A stretch of 64,000 nt of DNA from Somniosus microcephalus. Taxonomy: Eukaryota. The first letter of the stretch is position 1. Each line of letters opens with the position of its first letter. Of the stretch, positions 12,544-25,778 are shown one piece after another. Under the pieces are notes generated by a model. It was not told the origin of the DNA. It saw only the letters and a program-made list of their open reading frames with translations, and ran no database searches. Where the stretch lies: assembly GCA_052327205.1 (NCBI GenBank), contig CM126230.1, positions 29,140,001-29,204,000 on the forward strand, read 5' to 3'. Position numbers and translations under genes: made by a program.

Positions 12544-15500
12544 ATTGTAATTTCATTTCAGGTCAAAATTACAAGAAGAATACTTGTGTTATTTGCATAA
12601 AAATAGCACTGGGAACTGCACAGGTTATTAAAATTGATACTACAACTGGAGTACGAGAGCAGGACTTGCAGAGTTTACAGCTATATGTAGGATACTGCTA
12701 CAAGATGAGCTGTTTTCTGTCTGAGGAGACTGTAAACTCAATAAGTTTGCTGTCATAATAGAATCAATGTGACTATAAGTTTTAAATAGTTCCTGTCATC
12801 TCCACTTCAAAGTAATCCATTAAATATGATGAAGGCTAAAAGCTGTAAAGGAGATTATGAATTCTTCATTGGAGTAAGGAGTAGACCTAATATTTTACAA
12901 CCAATTGTTCATCTGAGATAACTAAGATTAAACTGTCTGAGTGTTCAGTTCTGTGTTCCATATGAAATTTTGAACTGTTGTATGCCACTTTGCCATTCTT
13001 ACAAGATTATCCCCTTAGACCTGTAATACAGGCTAAAACTACTGTTTAAAGTTCTTCTTCTTCTTAGTCCATAGTATTTTAATCTGGAAAATTAAGGCAT
13101 TATCATTTCATTAATTTTAACATCATCCTCCAGCAATTGACAGTGACATGCTTAGTGATTTGTCTTAACTATTGGTCTGCTCAATTTCATAAAAGATCTA
13201 CTTCCATAAACTAAAAAAGATAGCAAAAATATACTTCAAACCCTATTTGGATGATTTAGAATATTTTATTTCATAAATGCTTACTGGTATTTTGACACTT
13301 ACTATTATGGCACATACAAGCACTCTGTCACATCAGTCCCAAGCCATTAATATTTATGAAATTTTTTATGTCTTTTTTATGAGTTTTCAGAAACTCCCTA
13401 GTTTCCTGTTCTAAGTTGGAGAATGTAAATGCAGCAATTGTGATCACTGACATAACTTCACATGAGGAATAGTCATTATTTAGAATGAATCCCCCTCATA
13501 TCCATTGTGGTATTGTGTCTTTAAACCATTTGAGGTTTCTGAATGGGTGTTTCCTTTTCTCTCACTGACAGCAGCTGCAGTTCTTAAACTGAACTAAAAC
13601 TCATATTTAATTTATTGATTTAGAGAACTTTTGAGTTTCTCCTAAAGATTTTACCAGCTTTTTCCCCTAGAAGAGAACTGGAGCAGAGGGCCGTTATATC
13701 CCCATTAACTGTGGGCGTTACAATAAAGACTTGAACCATTTTTATTGCACTAACTCTCAAAACTCTTCATAATAAGCAAATGCTGAAGGCACAGGTTTAT
13801 CTTCTAGCCCTATTTAATAGTTACTTCTTTCCTTGACAGACTTTTACACATTTTATTCCAAGTAGTTTTTTAAGCTTCACTGTGCACTAAACTTGCAATT
13901 TCTTTTCAGTACAAAGTGCTATGTATTGTGCTGCTTCAGTTTTAGGATCGAGATCTTTCCATAATGCTGCAGTTGTGTGAAAAGCCCTTGTGGAGAAATC
14001 CCTGCTGAGATATTTGAGCTTGTTGCCTCTCATTCTTTGTTAAGATACAAAATAAGTTCTTTTCGCTAACTCAATTTTGGCACACTTGACATTTGAGCAT
14101 TGAAAGGTCCTTTTTGGTCCCTCTTCCCCGTATTCATCTTTTTACCATATAGTTTCCTGTCTGACTGTAGTGCATTTTTTTCAACCAATGTGTGTTTTCA
14201 GCCTCTTTGACCTCATCATCTGCGAATGTCAAAGTGCTAATAAAGCTCTGAAGACGTCATAAAGACAGGGTTAAATTAAGTCTTCATGTGCTGTCCATTA
14301 AGTTGACTTTTTTGTTTGTCACATTCAGCAGTTATATGGATGCATCGTGTCTTGTTTGTGGGCAACTGAGCAGACAGGCTTTGTCTCTGTTCATCATACC
14401 GGTTAATTCTTTCCCTCAAGTCATTAATCATCACCTCAACTATTTATACCAATGGCAAGTATAGCTAACACAGTTAATGCTTCCTTTTGTCTCTTGTTAC
14501 TGTCTGCTCTACTGTTGATTACAGCCTCCTAAATTCTGTTTACTCTCAAAATCAGCAGAATAGGCGAACATCGCCCATTTTCAGAGTGGTGTTAAAGTGG
14601 TTGATAGCCCTGATTTATGCAGTCATGATGATACTATTTGCACCTGAATGGCAGGTACATCAACATCTCCTTGTAACCGCAGCAAAGAGAGACAGTCATG
14701 TCTTTGTTCTCCACCCAACCCACTTGGGACTTGGCAGATCGTTGATGGATATTATTATTTCTGATGTCAATAAAAATGTGTGGTGCCAAAGCAGGAGCTC
14801 TTATATTTTTTCAGAGTGTTGGATTCACTTAGTTTAGTTTTGAGATATTTAGAAATTTGAGGAGTGAGGTTCTGAAATCTTGGCATAAACAAGTTTAGAA
14901 TTAACATCATCATCGGTTGCTGAATTGCAATGAAAACAGTGGCTAGTCGGTAATTGAGAAGCATGTGGCGCTGTCAGCAGGTGATGGGAGACAGACACAC
15001 CTGACTGACAGTGTGACAGAGAGCAGAGACAGGGCCCCATCCAGGCACTCTCTCAGCCAGAGTGATGAGCCCTCTGGAACACAAATTGTGAATTATCAGA
15101 GGGCTAGATGAGATGAGGTCGGGGAAGGCTGCCAGACAGTGTGTAACATGCTACAAATTTCTTTCAGCACTTAGTATTCCACCATGCAAAGCCCTCACTA
15201 TTAAGCACACAGAACAGCTCATATCCTGCAGAGGGATGATAGATATGTCATATCTATGAAAAATTGTTTTTCTTTTGCAGGTGTATGGATTTTTTAAAGC
15301 AGACTGCACATATGACACTTTTCAACACTCTTTCCAATAGTGATTTGGCATCCAACCTCTATCAAAGAAGAAATCTTTCACATGCAATTATGGCACAAAA
15401 TAAAGGTGATGAAGTGTTGTGTACAAAGAAAGGAGAGATCAAAGAGCTGTAATGAAAACTGATTACAATAAAAAGAGACTACCCAAGAGACTGGGAATTC

Positions 15501-16689
15501 CAGAGGTCTAGTCAAGTCCTTACCTATACTAAATGCTTTCTGTTTTTTAAATAGTTTTATAGGAGCATGAATTAATAGTTTTAAGCATTAGTAAATAAGA
15601 ACAGATTTAGTTCCTAGAAATGCAAGAAAGTTAACATTTTCCTGGGAGTGGTTATTTAAATCAAATTAATCGTGCATGATAAAAATGAAGACCTGAGGTT
15701 TCAACCTTCGAATGATAATCACGTACTCTGGGTTTGCAGAGAAACAGTCTAAAAGTGAACAGATGGCATTCATCCAAAGATGCTGCAGACTTATTGAAAA
15801 TATAAATGCCAGAGTAATATTAAGAAGAAGGAGGATACAATAAATTGATCTAGGTTTTGGCATTTTTAAATTTAGAAATATGTTGGTGCCAAAAGCAATG
15901 GTTGTAGAAAATTTCATGCTAGTTAAGTTTGTATTAGTATTATTGTACAATAGAATTTTTCATGAATAATGAAAGTACATTTCAGACAGAATTGTTCATT
16001 GCTGCCACTGAAGTCAAAAGATGTGCAACATTATAAATTATTGACTGTTATGGGAATGTATTTACCAAGGTTGGGTTGCATGACAGCATTGAATACAAAA
16101 CCCCTCCAGTATGTGAACCAAGATCAGAATCCTGTGATTAGTTGATATATTATTTGTAAGATACCCATATACAATGTACCAAATTTTGTATTGACTGATT
16201 TCCCCCCCCCCCCCTCCTATCATTGCAAGTATGTTGATACATATGATTACAAGGAAAATTGAAGCTTGTAGTGGCAAATTAACTAGCTTAGTAGAAAGCA
16301 AAAGATACAGACACATTTGTTTTGTGGGGGCGGGGGGGGGTACGACTGGCATAAATGTGTAGGGATCTCTTCACACTATTTGTAAATGTGATGGAGAGAA
16401 TATTGTTTTTATTATATTATAAAGTACATATATATTACAAAGTTTGCCATTGGCACCAAACTATGCAGCCAGTTGAATTTAACAAAGATTGATGATGTTC
16501 AAAGAAATCTGAATCAATGAAGTGCATCGCAGATGGATCTTGAGATAGGTAAATGAATGTTATGCACATTGGAACAGACAACATGGAACTTGCATAATGA
16601 AGAAGTGGAATCAACCATTTACTGAAAATATCCCTTAAATGTACAGTTATTATCAACAAGGTCAGTTGTACTGGGATGCATCTCAAAGT

Positions 16690-17030
16690 CATTTAACTAA
16701 GTCCAAACAAGTTATCCTAACCATATATAGATCAGTTATGAGGCCACATTTGGAATGTTGCGGGCAGTTTTTGGCACTCTGCTATCACAGAGGAGTAGAT
16801 ATATTGAATATATTCCAGCTAAAGCCCTTAAAGCTGTGTTGATTTAACATCTTAAAAAAGAAGCTGAATGCTTATCTGATGGAACAGGATTGAGGGCTAG
16901 AAGAATAATTACAGATAGAGATGAATGAATTCTGAATGGAAACAATGGTTCCTGAACATCTGGGACTATGGAAATGTGACACCAGGGAAGGCAACCAGTC
17001 AAGGATAATACTGTACAAGGTAAGTTTAGA
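16690..17030 (+). mobile_element. Old CR1 LINE fragment
   Basis: Peptide VILTIYRSVMRPHLECCGQF in ORF 16639..16842. Confidence 0.7.
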
Positions 17031-17279
17031 TAGATATTGTTGATTTTTGTTTGATCTATCTTCTGAAGTAGAGGACAAGGACAACCTTTGCAGATTATTT
17101 CATTGAGAGACTGTGTGGTGTGAGAGAGCAGATTATATTTAGTCTTAGATCTGAATGATAAGGTTAAAAGCATGCAGGTATTACAGTGTTAGGTATTTTT
17201 AAAAGTATACACGGTGTTCCTGTTGTTGTGATGACGTTATAGTTGTCAATGTAACCCAACAATTATGACATTTAGCTTT

Positions 17280-17560
17280 AGCTTCCTGATGGTTTATGAG
17301 TAAATGCATTGTCTGACATGGTACTGAACCATACCGACAAGGAAGTCACAAGCACGTTCGCTGGTCTATGCAGCTAGCTATCTCAGCCATATGGACAGTG
17401 GTGGAGATCTCAGATTCCCTGGAGTAGGGAAGGAAAAATCAATCAGGTTTCCCTCTCCTGGATCATTTTCTATTGATCACTACTGAAAAGTGCATATATG
17501 AAGGTTTCAGAAGAGGAAAGCATCAAGTTTGAATAGCCTACCCGGTCACTGGGCTTGTGT
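17280..17560 (+). mobile_element. Old SINE-like repeat (family X)
   Basis: Head TCCTGATGG.TTA.G.GTAAATGCA and GGTACTGA shared with 27185; body shared with 2780. Confidence 0.55.
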
Positions 17561-18259
17561 AAAGAAGTCAGGGCAGAATTTGTTGTTGGTATGACAGCGT
17601 ACTCTCAGATTCCACCATCATACCACCTTTGAAATTGCCTGCAAGTTCGGGATTTGGCATGCACTGAATCCTGAACCTGCGATCTGTGAAGTTCCAACTT
17701 GACAGATCATCTGCTGTGACTGTGAAATCCTCACTGCTGGTGCAGAGTTGGGCTAATTACACACCAACTGCCCAGCAATTACGCAGGAAAATTTTACAGC
17801 TGGTGCAAACAGGCACAGGAGCCTGTTTGCACAACATGAGGAAAGTCGGGGTGGGTAGTTGTCCATACTGTTTTAATATTCAACATAGCTTTGTATTGCC
17901 ATACCAACACTCGTATTGTTCTCACTCTGCTGTCCGTCAGTCTGATTATGAATTATTCCCAGGCACCAGACTTTTTGCATAATAAAGTAATTGGATATTG
18001 TTGAAACAAGATTTGCTGCCTAATATTTCTTTGCTGTACCTTGCTTTGAATAATTGTTGTTTTTAATTCATTTCACTCCCTATGTAAGTAAAACTAGACA
18101 GATCCTTGAAAAGGGATACATGTTTATTTTACAAAAAATATTCCATGCCAATTTAGTTTCAGTGTTCTAATGATTATGATTATTAATTGACAGTGGGAGT
18201 GATAAGTCATCAATTCAAATCAATATTCACACCATTTAATTAAAAATGTGATTGATGTC

Positions 18260-18490
18260 AGGCATCAGAGATTTCTGTTTCCTGATTGGCGCACCGCCCC
18301 ACGTGATCCCAGGTATACTTATGCACATGGAGCACCCCTGGGATCCATGGGCCGCTATGCTGCGCACAACTCCGCAGTGAAACAATGCAGGTTTTCAAAG
18401 GGGGCCTTGCACCGTGTAAGTGTGGATTTCTTTCGGAGGTTGGCGGCATTCTCCTTAGTTATGCCGCCGACCGCAATACTTCAGGAAGGT
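18260..18490. mobile_element. Harbinger-MITE fragment related to family D
   Basis: ATTGG..CGTGATCCCAGG..CTGGGAT..TGGGCC matches 61610-61680. Confidence 0.55.
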
Positions 18491-18774
18491 ATAGAAGGAA
18501 CTGAGCCTCGCACAGGTAGTGCCTTCAGGATGGGTGGGGGATTTTTTTTTGCTTTTAAAGACGCATGACATTAAATCTGCTTTCATTATAAATTTAAAAA
18601 AATCCTTCGATCCATTCATTACGAGCTATTATTAATGAGCAGAATACTGCACAACAGATCTGTATACAAGGCAGACTTTCATTGTGCCATTGTAGATCTG
18701 TCATTATCAATGAATAGCTCACACTTTAAATGCTTAAAATTATTTTAGTGAATTTGCAACTGTGTTTTTGTCAC

Positions 18775-19125
18775 TTTCCTCCCTTCACTCCTGAATGTAC
18801 TGACTGTTCCTGGGATATGGTTCCATGGATCTCACCTAAGTGGCCATTCTTAATGTGTGAACCTTGACTGAGTGTCAGTAGATTATTTGACCGTTGACAG
18901 CATTACAGCCAAACCTGAACACACCCTCAGCTCATGCCCACCAACACACACTTTTCAACAGTCGGAACTGGATCATGATTGGAAGCAAAACCTGGCTGAT
19001 ATTTTTTTCTCAATATCGAGGAGCATGGACCCAGTTGAGGTCAGCTCATCCCGCACAGATTGGGAATTAAATCTGAGACTTTGCTTTATGTTTGCATAGC
19101 CTAGTACCAGACCAAGCAATGTATT
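18775..19125 (-). mobile_element. Old SINE-like repeat (family X)
   Basis: Reverse-complement similarity to the 2780 and 17280 copies (CCTGGCTGAT.TTTTT, CACAGA.TGGGAATT). Confidence 0.55.
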
Positions 19126-19132
19126 TTTTAAT

Positions 19133-19186
19133 GGAAGCAAAATACTGCGGATGTTGGAAATCTGAAATTAAAACCAGAAAATGCTG
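19133..19186 (-). mobile_element. Penelope-like terminal fragment
   Basis: AAGCAAAATACTGCGGATG.TGGAAATCTGAAA is the reverse complement of 46348-46400. Confidence 0.7.
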
Positions 19187-19189
19187 GCG

Positions 19190-19565
19190 GCTTGAGCACA
19201 TAACCTAAGTTCACACTTCAGTGCAATACTGAGGGAATGCTACATTGTCAGAGATGCAGTCTTTGGATGAAACATTAAATGTAGGCCCCTCCTGCTCTCT
19301 TAGCTAGACTTAAATGATCCACTATTCAAAGAGTGGAGGTAGTTCTCCTGGAGGTTTGACCAACATGTACCCCTCAACCAACTGCATTAAAAAAAATTAT
19401 CTTGTCATTTTTCTCAGTGCTGTTTATGGGATCTTGCTGTGTGCAAATTGGCAGTGACATTTCCCAACATTACAACAGTGACTGCATTTCTAAATTACGT
19501 CATTGCTGTGAAGTGTTTCGGGCCATCCTCAGGTCATGAAAGGCGTTGTATAAATGCAAATTCTT
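19190..19565 (+). mobile_element. Deu-domain SINE, 5'-truncated
   Basis: Aligns with 56322-56725; tail TATAAATGCAA. Confidence 0.8.
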
Positions 19566-19858
19566 TTTGACATTTTGAATTGTGAGGATTAGACTTTGCC
19601 AAGTTTATAAATCAAAATGTCACAAAAAATGTGCTTAATATGTTAATTAGATTTTATCTATGTCAAACCTTAACAGATGAATTAACTGGGAGGAGTTACT
19701 GACTCATCTTTTTAATGCTTGGTGCACAACACTGACTTCAGTGTATAAGAAAATTGGGTGTGGTGCAAAACGGGCTGCAGATTTGCTATTGGCCCATTTT
19801 GCTGCTGGCATTAACCAAATTTATCGTGTCTTCCAAGCAGTCTCACTTACAATAGACA

Positions 19859-20090
19859 GGGGGCGATTTTAATCCTACTCGCTCAGCAAAAAGCCTGTCC
19901 GAAAGCCACCATGATCGCAACATCTGCAATTTTAACCTGCTCTCCTGAGCAGGCAGCAAGGACATGCACCCAGAGCCAACAGGGTCCTTCTTTACATCTG
20001 CAAGTTGTGGCCCAAGGACATCATTGAGATCCGGCTGTAATTTTAACTCCGGCCTCAGCGGGGAATCCACCTGGAGTTAAAATCGGGGCC
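19859..20090. mobile_element. Short Harbinger-type MITE
   Basis: Ends GGGGGCGATTTTAA and TTAAAATCGGGGCC. Confidence 0.65.
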
Positions 20091-20177
20091 AAGTCTCTGA
20101 CATTCACCATTGAAGCCTTCCTCTCATGTTGAGTTGTTCATTATGGTAGTTGATTGGGCTTGAAAATTTGACCAATA

Positions 20178-22422
20178 TAAGAACATAAGAAATAGGAGCA
20201 GGAGTCGGCCATATGGCCCCTCGAGCCTGCTCCGTCATTCAATAAGCTAATGGCTGATCATTGACCTCAACCCCACTTTGCCACCCAATCTTAATATCCC
20301 TTGATTCCCCTAGAGTCCAAAAATCTATATCTCAACCTTGAATATACTCAAAGACTCAGCATCCACAGCCTTCTGGGGCAGAGAATTCCAAAGATTCACA
20401 ACCCTCTGAGTGAAGAAATTCCTCCTCATCTTGGTCTTAAATGGCCTACCTCTTATCCTGAGACTATGCCCCCTAGTTCTAGACACACCAGCCAGGGGAA
20501 ACAACCTCTCAGCATCTACCCTGTCAATCCCCTTTAGAATCTTGTATGTTTCATTAAGATCACCTCTCATTCTTCTAAACTCCAGAGTGTTTAGGCCCAT
20601 TCTACACAATCTTTCATCATAGGGCAACCCCCTCATCCCAGGAATCAATCTAGTGAACCTTCATTGCACTGCCTCCAAGGCAAGCATATCCTTCCTTAGA
20701 TAAGGAGACCAAAAATGTGCACAGTACTCCAGGTGTGGTCTCACCAAGGCCCTGTACAATTGTAGCAAGTCTTCCTTACTTTTATACTCGAACCCCCCTT
20801 GCAATAAATGCCAACATGCCATTTGCCTTCCTTATTGCTTGCTGACCGGCTTGCTAGCTTTCTGTGTTTCTTGCACGAGGACACCCAAATCTCTCTGAAC
20901 ACCAACATTTGAAAGTTTCTCACCATTTAAAAAATATTCTGTTTTTCTATTCTTCCTACCAAAGTGAATAACCTCACATTTCCCTACATTATACTCCATC
21001 TGCCACCTTACTGCCCACTCACTTGGTCTATCTATATCCCTTTGCAGACTCTTTGGGTTCGATTTTCAGTGTGCTGTGGAGTCGGGATTGGAGGCGTGCG
21101 GGGGGTTAAATTCCCGAAATCGGGGGTCCCAACCCCATCCTGCCCCCAACCCACCTCCATGTCAGTTTCAAAGGAGGCGGGTACCCGCCCCGCACTGGGA
21201 CCCACCTCCCCGAGGCGGGAAAGGATTAGTGCCAATTAACTGCCTGTTAACAGGCAGTTTTTAGCCTAATCCCTATTTTTAAGCTTGAATTGAGGGATTC
21301 CCGATGGCTCCAAACCACGGCAAGTTGGAGGAGTCGGGCCGTCGGGTTGAAGGGCTTGGAGGGGTCGAGATGTCAGTGTTCAGGTGAGTGATGTGTGCAT
21401 GAGTGCAAAGGTAAGTGTGTTTGGTGTGTCTAAAGTGATTAAAGAAGTGTATATTACCTTTTCTTACCTTTTCAGCCTTCCTTCCTTTAGGTTCGGGGAG
21501 TCCCTCATCTCACCGGCACAGAAAGCAGAATGGCTGCGAACTGTCAAAAGAGACAGCCTTCAGCGTTCTGTGCAGGAGAGATTTCTAACTGAGTCTGTGG
21601 AGAAGGACTCATGTTAGAAGTAAGACTGTCAGTGTTTGACAGCTTCAAACAGCTGTGAAGCACTGATATTTCATCTGTCAAAACGTCTTGACAGATGAAA
21701 TTTCAGTCTGTGATGTCACCTGTTGCCGGGTGGCCTTTAATTGGCCTGCTGAGCCCGCTGGGCGGACTCAACAAGGTCAATCAAATTAAAATTGCGTGGA
21801 TTTGGCCGCATCTCGATGGGGGCGGGACTACAACCCCGAAAGTTGTAGTCCCAACTCCTGAATGAAAATCCTGTCCTTTGTGTTCTCCTCACAGCTTACT
21901 GTCCCACCTAGCTTTGTATTGTCAGCAAACTTGGATACATCGCACTCAGTCCCTTCATCTAGGTCATTAATATAGATTGTAAATAGCTGAGGCCCCAGCA
22001 CTGATCCTTGCGGCACCCCACTAGTTACAGCCTGCCAACCTGAAAAAGACCCACTTATCCCTACTCTCTGTTTTCTGTCCGTTAACCAATCCTCTATCCA
22101 TGCTACTATATTACCCCCAACCCCATGAGCCCTTATCTTTTGTAATAACATTTTACGTGGCACCTTATCGAATGCCTTTTGGAAATCCAAATATACTACA
22201 TCCACTGGTTCCCCTTTATCTACCCTGCTAGTTACATTCTCAAAAAATTCTAATAAATTTGTCAAACACTATTTCCCTTTCATAAAACCATATTGACTCT
22301 GCCTAATCATGTTGTTATTTTCTAAGTGCCCCAATACCACTTCCTTAACAATGAATTCCAGCATTTTCCCAATGACTGATGTCAGGCTAACTGGCCTGTA
22401 GTTCCCTGTTTTCTCTCTCCCT
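20178..22422 (-). mobile_element. CR1 LINE ORF2 (RT) remnant, interrupted by a MITE
   Basis: ORF 21828..22265 [38 protein letters not shown]; ORF 20325..20648 gives the C-terminus; tail (TTCTTATG)n. Confidence 0.95.
21055..21876. mobile_element. PIF/Harbinger MITE, family A, nested in CR1
   Basis: TSD TTT; removal restores contiguous CR1 sequence GCAGACTCTTTGTGTTCTCC; ends GGGTTCGATTTT / AAAATCCTGTCC. Confidence 0.9.
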
Positions 22423-22549
22423 CATACATCTACAGGTTGCAATTGTGAGTAGCAGATGATTTCCTAACCTAGGTCTAAAGTAGCCCCTTCTATAGATTGG
22501 CCAACCTATTGTAGTCAAATACATAAGCAAACAGAGAGGCAAATAATGT

Positions 22550-22666
22550 TTGAGGAATTAAGTTTGGTCGGGAGACTGGGGGAAAGCTCCCCTGCTCTTC
22601 AAATACTGCCATGGGATCTTTTACGTCAGACTGGGCCTCAGTTTAACATCTCATCTGAAAGATGAT
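22550..22666 (-). mobile_element. Deu-domain SINE fragment
   Basis: CTCCCCTGCTCTTC..TGCCATGGGATCTTTTAC..GTTTAACATCTCATCTGAAAG. Confidence 0.75.
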
Positions 22667-23240
22667 GGCTCGAATTTTAATTTGGAGGTGGATAAGGAGC
22701 TTGGGGAGCTGGAAAGCAGTCAGGAAACCCGGGGGTGGAACGGGTTTCCCACAGGCCCAGCCGAATTTAATGGCAGGGCCTGATTAGCATTTCAAAGCAC
22801 TGATTCCCACCCGCAGCCAGTCAGATTGAAAGGCTGGCTGGCTGTTGGGAGGACAGACCTGCGGCACCAGGTCACAGAGAGGAGGGAGGGATCATAGCGT
22901 AGGGTTGGAGGCCCGAGGAGGGGGGTGGCTGGAGAAGGCTCGGGGCCGGAGGAGGGTACGAGGCCGGAGGGTGCTCGGGGCCAGAGAAGGGAGGTCGGAA
23001 GGCCGGACGAGGGATCAGAGATTGGAGGCCTCGAGGGTGGGGGAGTGGGTTCAGAGGCCTTGTGGGAGGTTTCGAAGCATTAGGAGGGAGGTGGGAGATC
23101 GGAAGGGTTGTAGGGCAGATCGGGGGGGGCAAATCGGAGGCCTCGGGGGCGCTGATCGGCAGGGTCGGGAGTTGTCCGATCATTGGAGGGGGGGGTGGTG
23201 GGGGCGAGGTGGTTGGCGAGGCTGGGACACCTCTGAGCCA
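22667..23240. mobile_element. Harbinger-type MITE, family B (one end missing)
   Basis: Starts GGCTCGAATTTT; 22720-22865 is reverse-complement similar to 43935-44000 joined to 44795-44865; G-rich interior. Confidence 0.65.
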
Positions 23241-23723
23241 AGGGTGACTTCTAAAATATCTAGAATTCTATGCTCAAATGCCCTAAATTGCACAGCATTT
23301 GGTAGGTACAGAGAAATGATGGCAATTTCATCTGCAGAAACAGTGGTCTGCCTCTTGTCCAGTGATGTTATTAAGGTTTGCACCATTTGCAAAACTTACC
23401 ATTTCTGAAAGTCAGTTTAATGCGTGTTGTAGGTTTAATATCCACTTACACCCGCTTATGAGTAGCGGAATCAACCTGCTGTTTTTTGAAGAATCCTGGG
23501 ATACCAAATCTCCTATGAAACCTTTGAGCCCTGGATGACGCATGAACCTAATGTCTTGGAACCTTATGTGACTTCTCTTTGCATCCGATGACCTGCATAG
23601 AGATAAAACTTTGTTTCTTTTGGTCAGAAAAGCATTGAGTTCACTGCTCTCGTAGCTAAATCTGCACATCTTTGTTGCCATAAAAATAAGTGTGGCCTTT
23701 CACCCTCTTCCCTCCATCTTCTA

Positions 23724-24060
23724 CTGATAGGGTAGATAGAGAGAAACTATTTCCCTGGTTGGGGAGTCCAGGACTAGGGGACATAGTCTAAAAATTAGAG
23801 CCAGGCCTTTCAGGAGTGAAGCTAGGAAACACGTCTACATGCAAAAGGTGGTAGCAGTTTGGAACTGTCTTCCGCAAACGGCTGTTGATCGGTCAATTGT
23901 TAATTTTAAATCTGAGATTGATAGATTTTTGTTAACCCAAGGTATTAAGAAATATAGGACAAGGGCAGGTATAAGGAGTTAGGTCACAGATCAGCCATGA
24001 TCTCATTGAAAGGCAGAACAGGCTCAAGGGGCTAAATGGCCTACTCCTGTTCCTATGTTC
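23724..24060 (+). mobile_element. CR1 LINE 3' fragment
   Basis: RTRGHSLKI-like coding end; 3' UTR ATGGCCTACTCCTGTTCCTATGTTC. Confidence 0.9.
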
Positions 24061-24614
24061 CTCTGATCCTCCCCCGCCATGCAGGCTTCTTCAAGATGTT
24101 ACAGTGACTTTCGTTTCAGTGCTGAAAAGGAGCACATATTTTATCATTAAAATTGTGCTGTACAACTATATCAGTTAGACAAAGTAAAGTCTTTATAAAT
24201 TCTCTTGGTTGTTTTAGTCTTTTGGTAGAATTCTGGAATCATATGTCTGTAAGTACAAGCTTGTACATGAGTTGTTGATCCATAGTCTCTTTTGCTATAT
24301 TTCATCTTATGTGACGAGCTGACAGGGTATGGTCCCTTGGATACTGGAGGGGACTATATTTGATCAATGAAAACTACAGGGGTTAACTTTTGTCATATGG
24401 CCCTGTAAGGATATCTGCAGAGTAGCCAGTTCAAGTACAGTAACTCCCAAGAGTTATAGTGTTGACTTGATCTTTCTAAATAGGATTTCCAATTTGGCAG
24501 AGTAGTGTTGACAAACTTTGGTTTGGATTCCCAGTAGACCAGATCTTCAATCCTCTAATGAGGCACTACCTTGGTAGGTGGAGTACAATGAATAAAGTCA
24601 GAAAATGCTAGTCA

Positions 24615-25050
24615 TCATAATTTTTTGAAGCACTTGCAGCACTGCACCCATGCCCAGGGATGATGCGGAAAGAATTGACATTGTCTGTCATCTCCCTCCA
24701 GGCCTGCTGAAGCGTCTGTTTAGGTACCATTCTGCCATCTGAGGTGACTAGGACCTGTCTGCCTGCACTCACCTGCTCCACATGCACCTGCACCACTGTA
24801 TCAGAAAATGGAGGTGCTCTTGCCTGAGACATGTTGCTCCCCACAGAGTTAGAGTTGAATGAAAATCCCACTTTAAAAGGTCCATTCACTCTCTAACTGG
24901 GTAGTGGGCCTGCTGGAAAACCTACCCTCTAATTGTGTGGACTGCCTGTCACCACTGGAAACACATGGGCAACCCGCCAATGAAATATAAATGAGGTCTG
25001 ACCATCAAATTTGTGCTTGATCGCTCCACCCACCCACCTAAAAACTGTCC
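24615..25050 (-). pseudogene. Harbinger Myb/SANT-like (NAIF1/MSANTD-type) gene remnant with adjacent terminal region
   Basis: ORF 24608..24889 RAPPFSD..V..GRQVL..SDGR..QAWREM..VNS; after a frameshift WVQCCKCFKKL (family pattern W.QCRKRFNDL). Confidence 0.75.
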
Positions 25051-25534
25051 ACAGTAAGTATTGACCCTAGTCCTTGATCAAATCCATCACAATTTTAACA
25101 TTGAAAGACACTTTTGGGAGTTTGGTATGAAAAAGCAGTGTTTCTAGGTGGATACACATGCCACTCAATATTGATGACATTGAGCTACTTGGTGGTACAC
25201 TATTGGTAACGGGCAGTACACAACATACTTTCTGCTGACGCTGCTTCAGCGACATATCAGAGTTCCTCATATAAGTGACCAATACGTGGCTACGCACCTA
25301 CTGTACAGCCGGTGTATTTTCTACTGATTGAAAAGAACAGAAAGGACACATGGTTCTTCGATCAAAAAATAGAATGGGATGGTGTAGAAAGCTAACTAAG
25401 TTTTAAATGAAAGTAACTGCAAAGCATGCAATTCTGTTATTTACATTACAAAGAAAATCGACACAAGATAATTTCCTGGAGCTTGCCTCACTTAAGCACC
25501 TTCAAGATTATGGGCTGGCACTTACTGCATTTTA

Positions 25535-25778
25535 TAGGTTGTGGGTTTAAGCCCCACTTCAGAACTTAAGTACATAATGTAGGCTGGCACTGAGGGAGTA
25601 TTGGATTGTTGGAGGTGCCATCTTTCAGATGATGCATTAAATTGAAGTCCTAGCTACATGTTCCGGTGATTCAGATAGATGTTAAAGAACTCATGGCGCT
25701 TTTCAAAACCGGCGGAAGTTCTCCTGGTGTTAAAACCAGCCTTTCTCCCTCATCCAACACCACCAATAAAAACAGATT
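25535..25778 (+). mobile_element. Deu-domain SINE fragment
   Basis: GGTTGTGGGTTTAAGCCCCAC head; GGAGGTGCCATCTTTCAGATG body. Confidence 0.75.

Noticed and set aside
15281-15452. Possible exon after a strong acceptor TTTTCTTTTGCAG
   Set aside because: Peptide unrecognised and no partner exons found; unsupported without RNA data.
22845-23408. 187-aa Arg/Gly-rich ORF
   Set aside because: G-rich interior of a MITE; compositional artefact.
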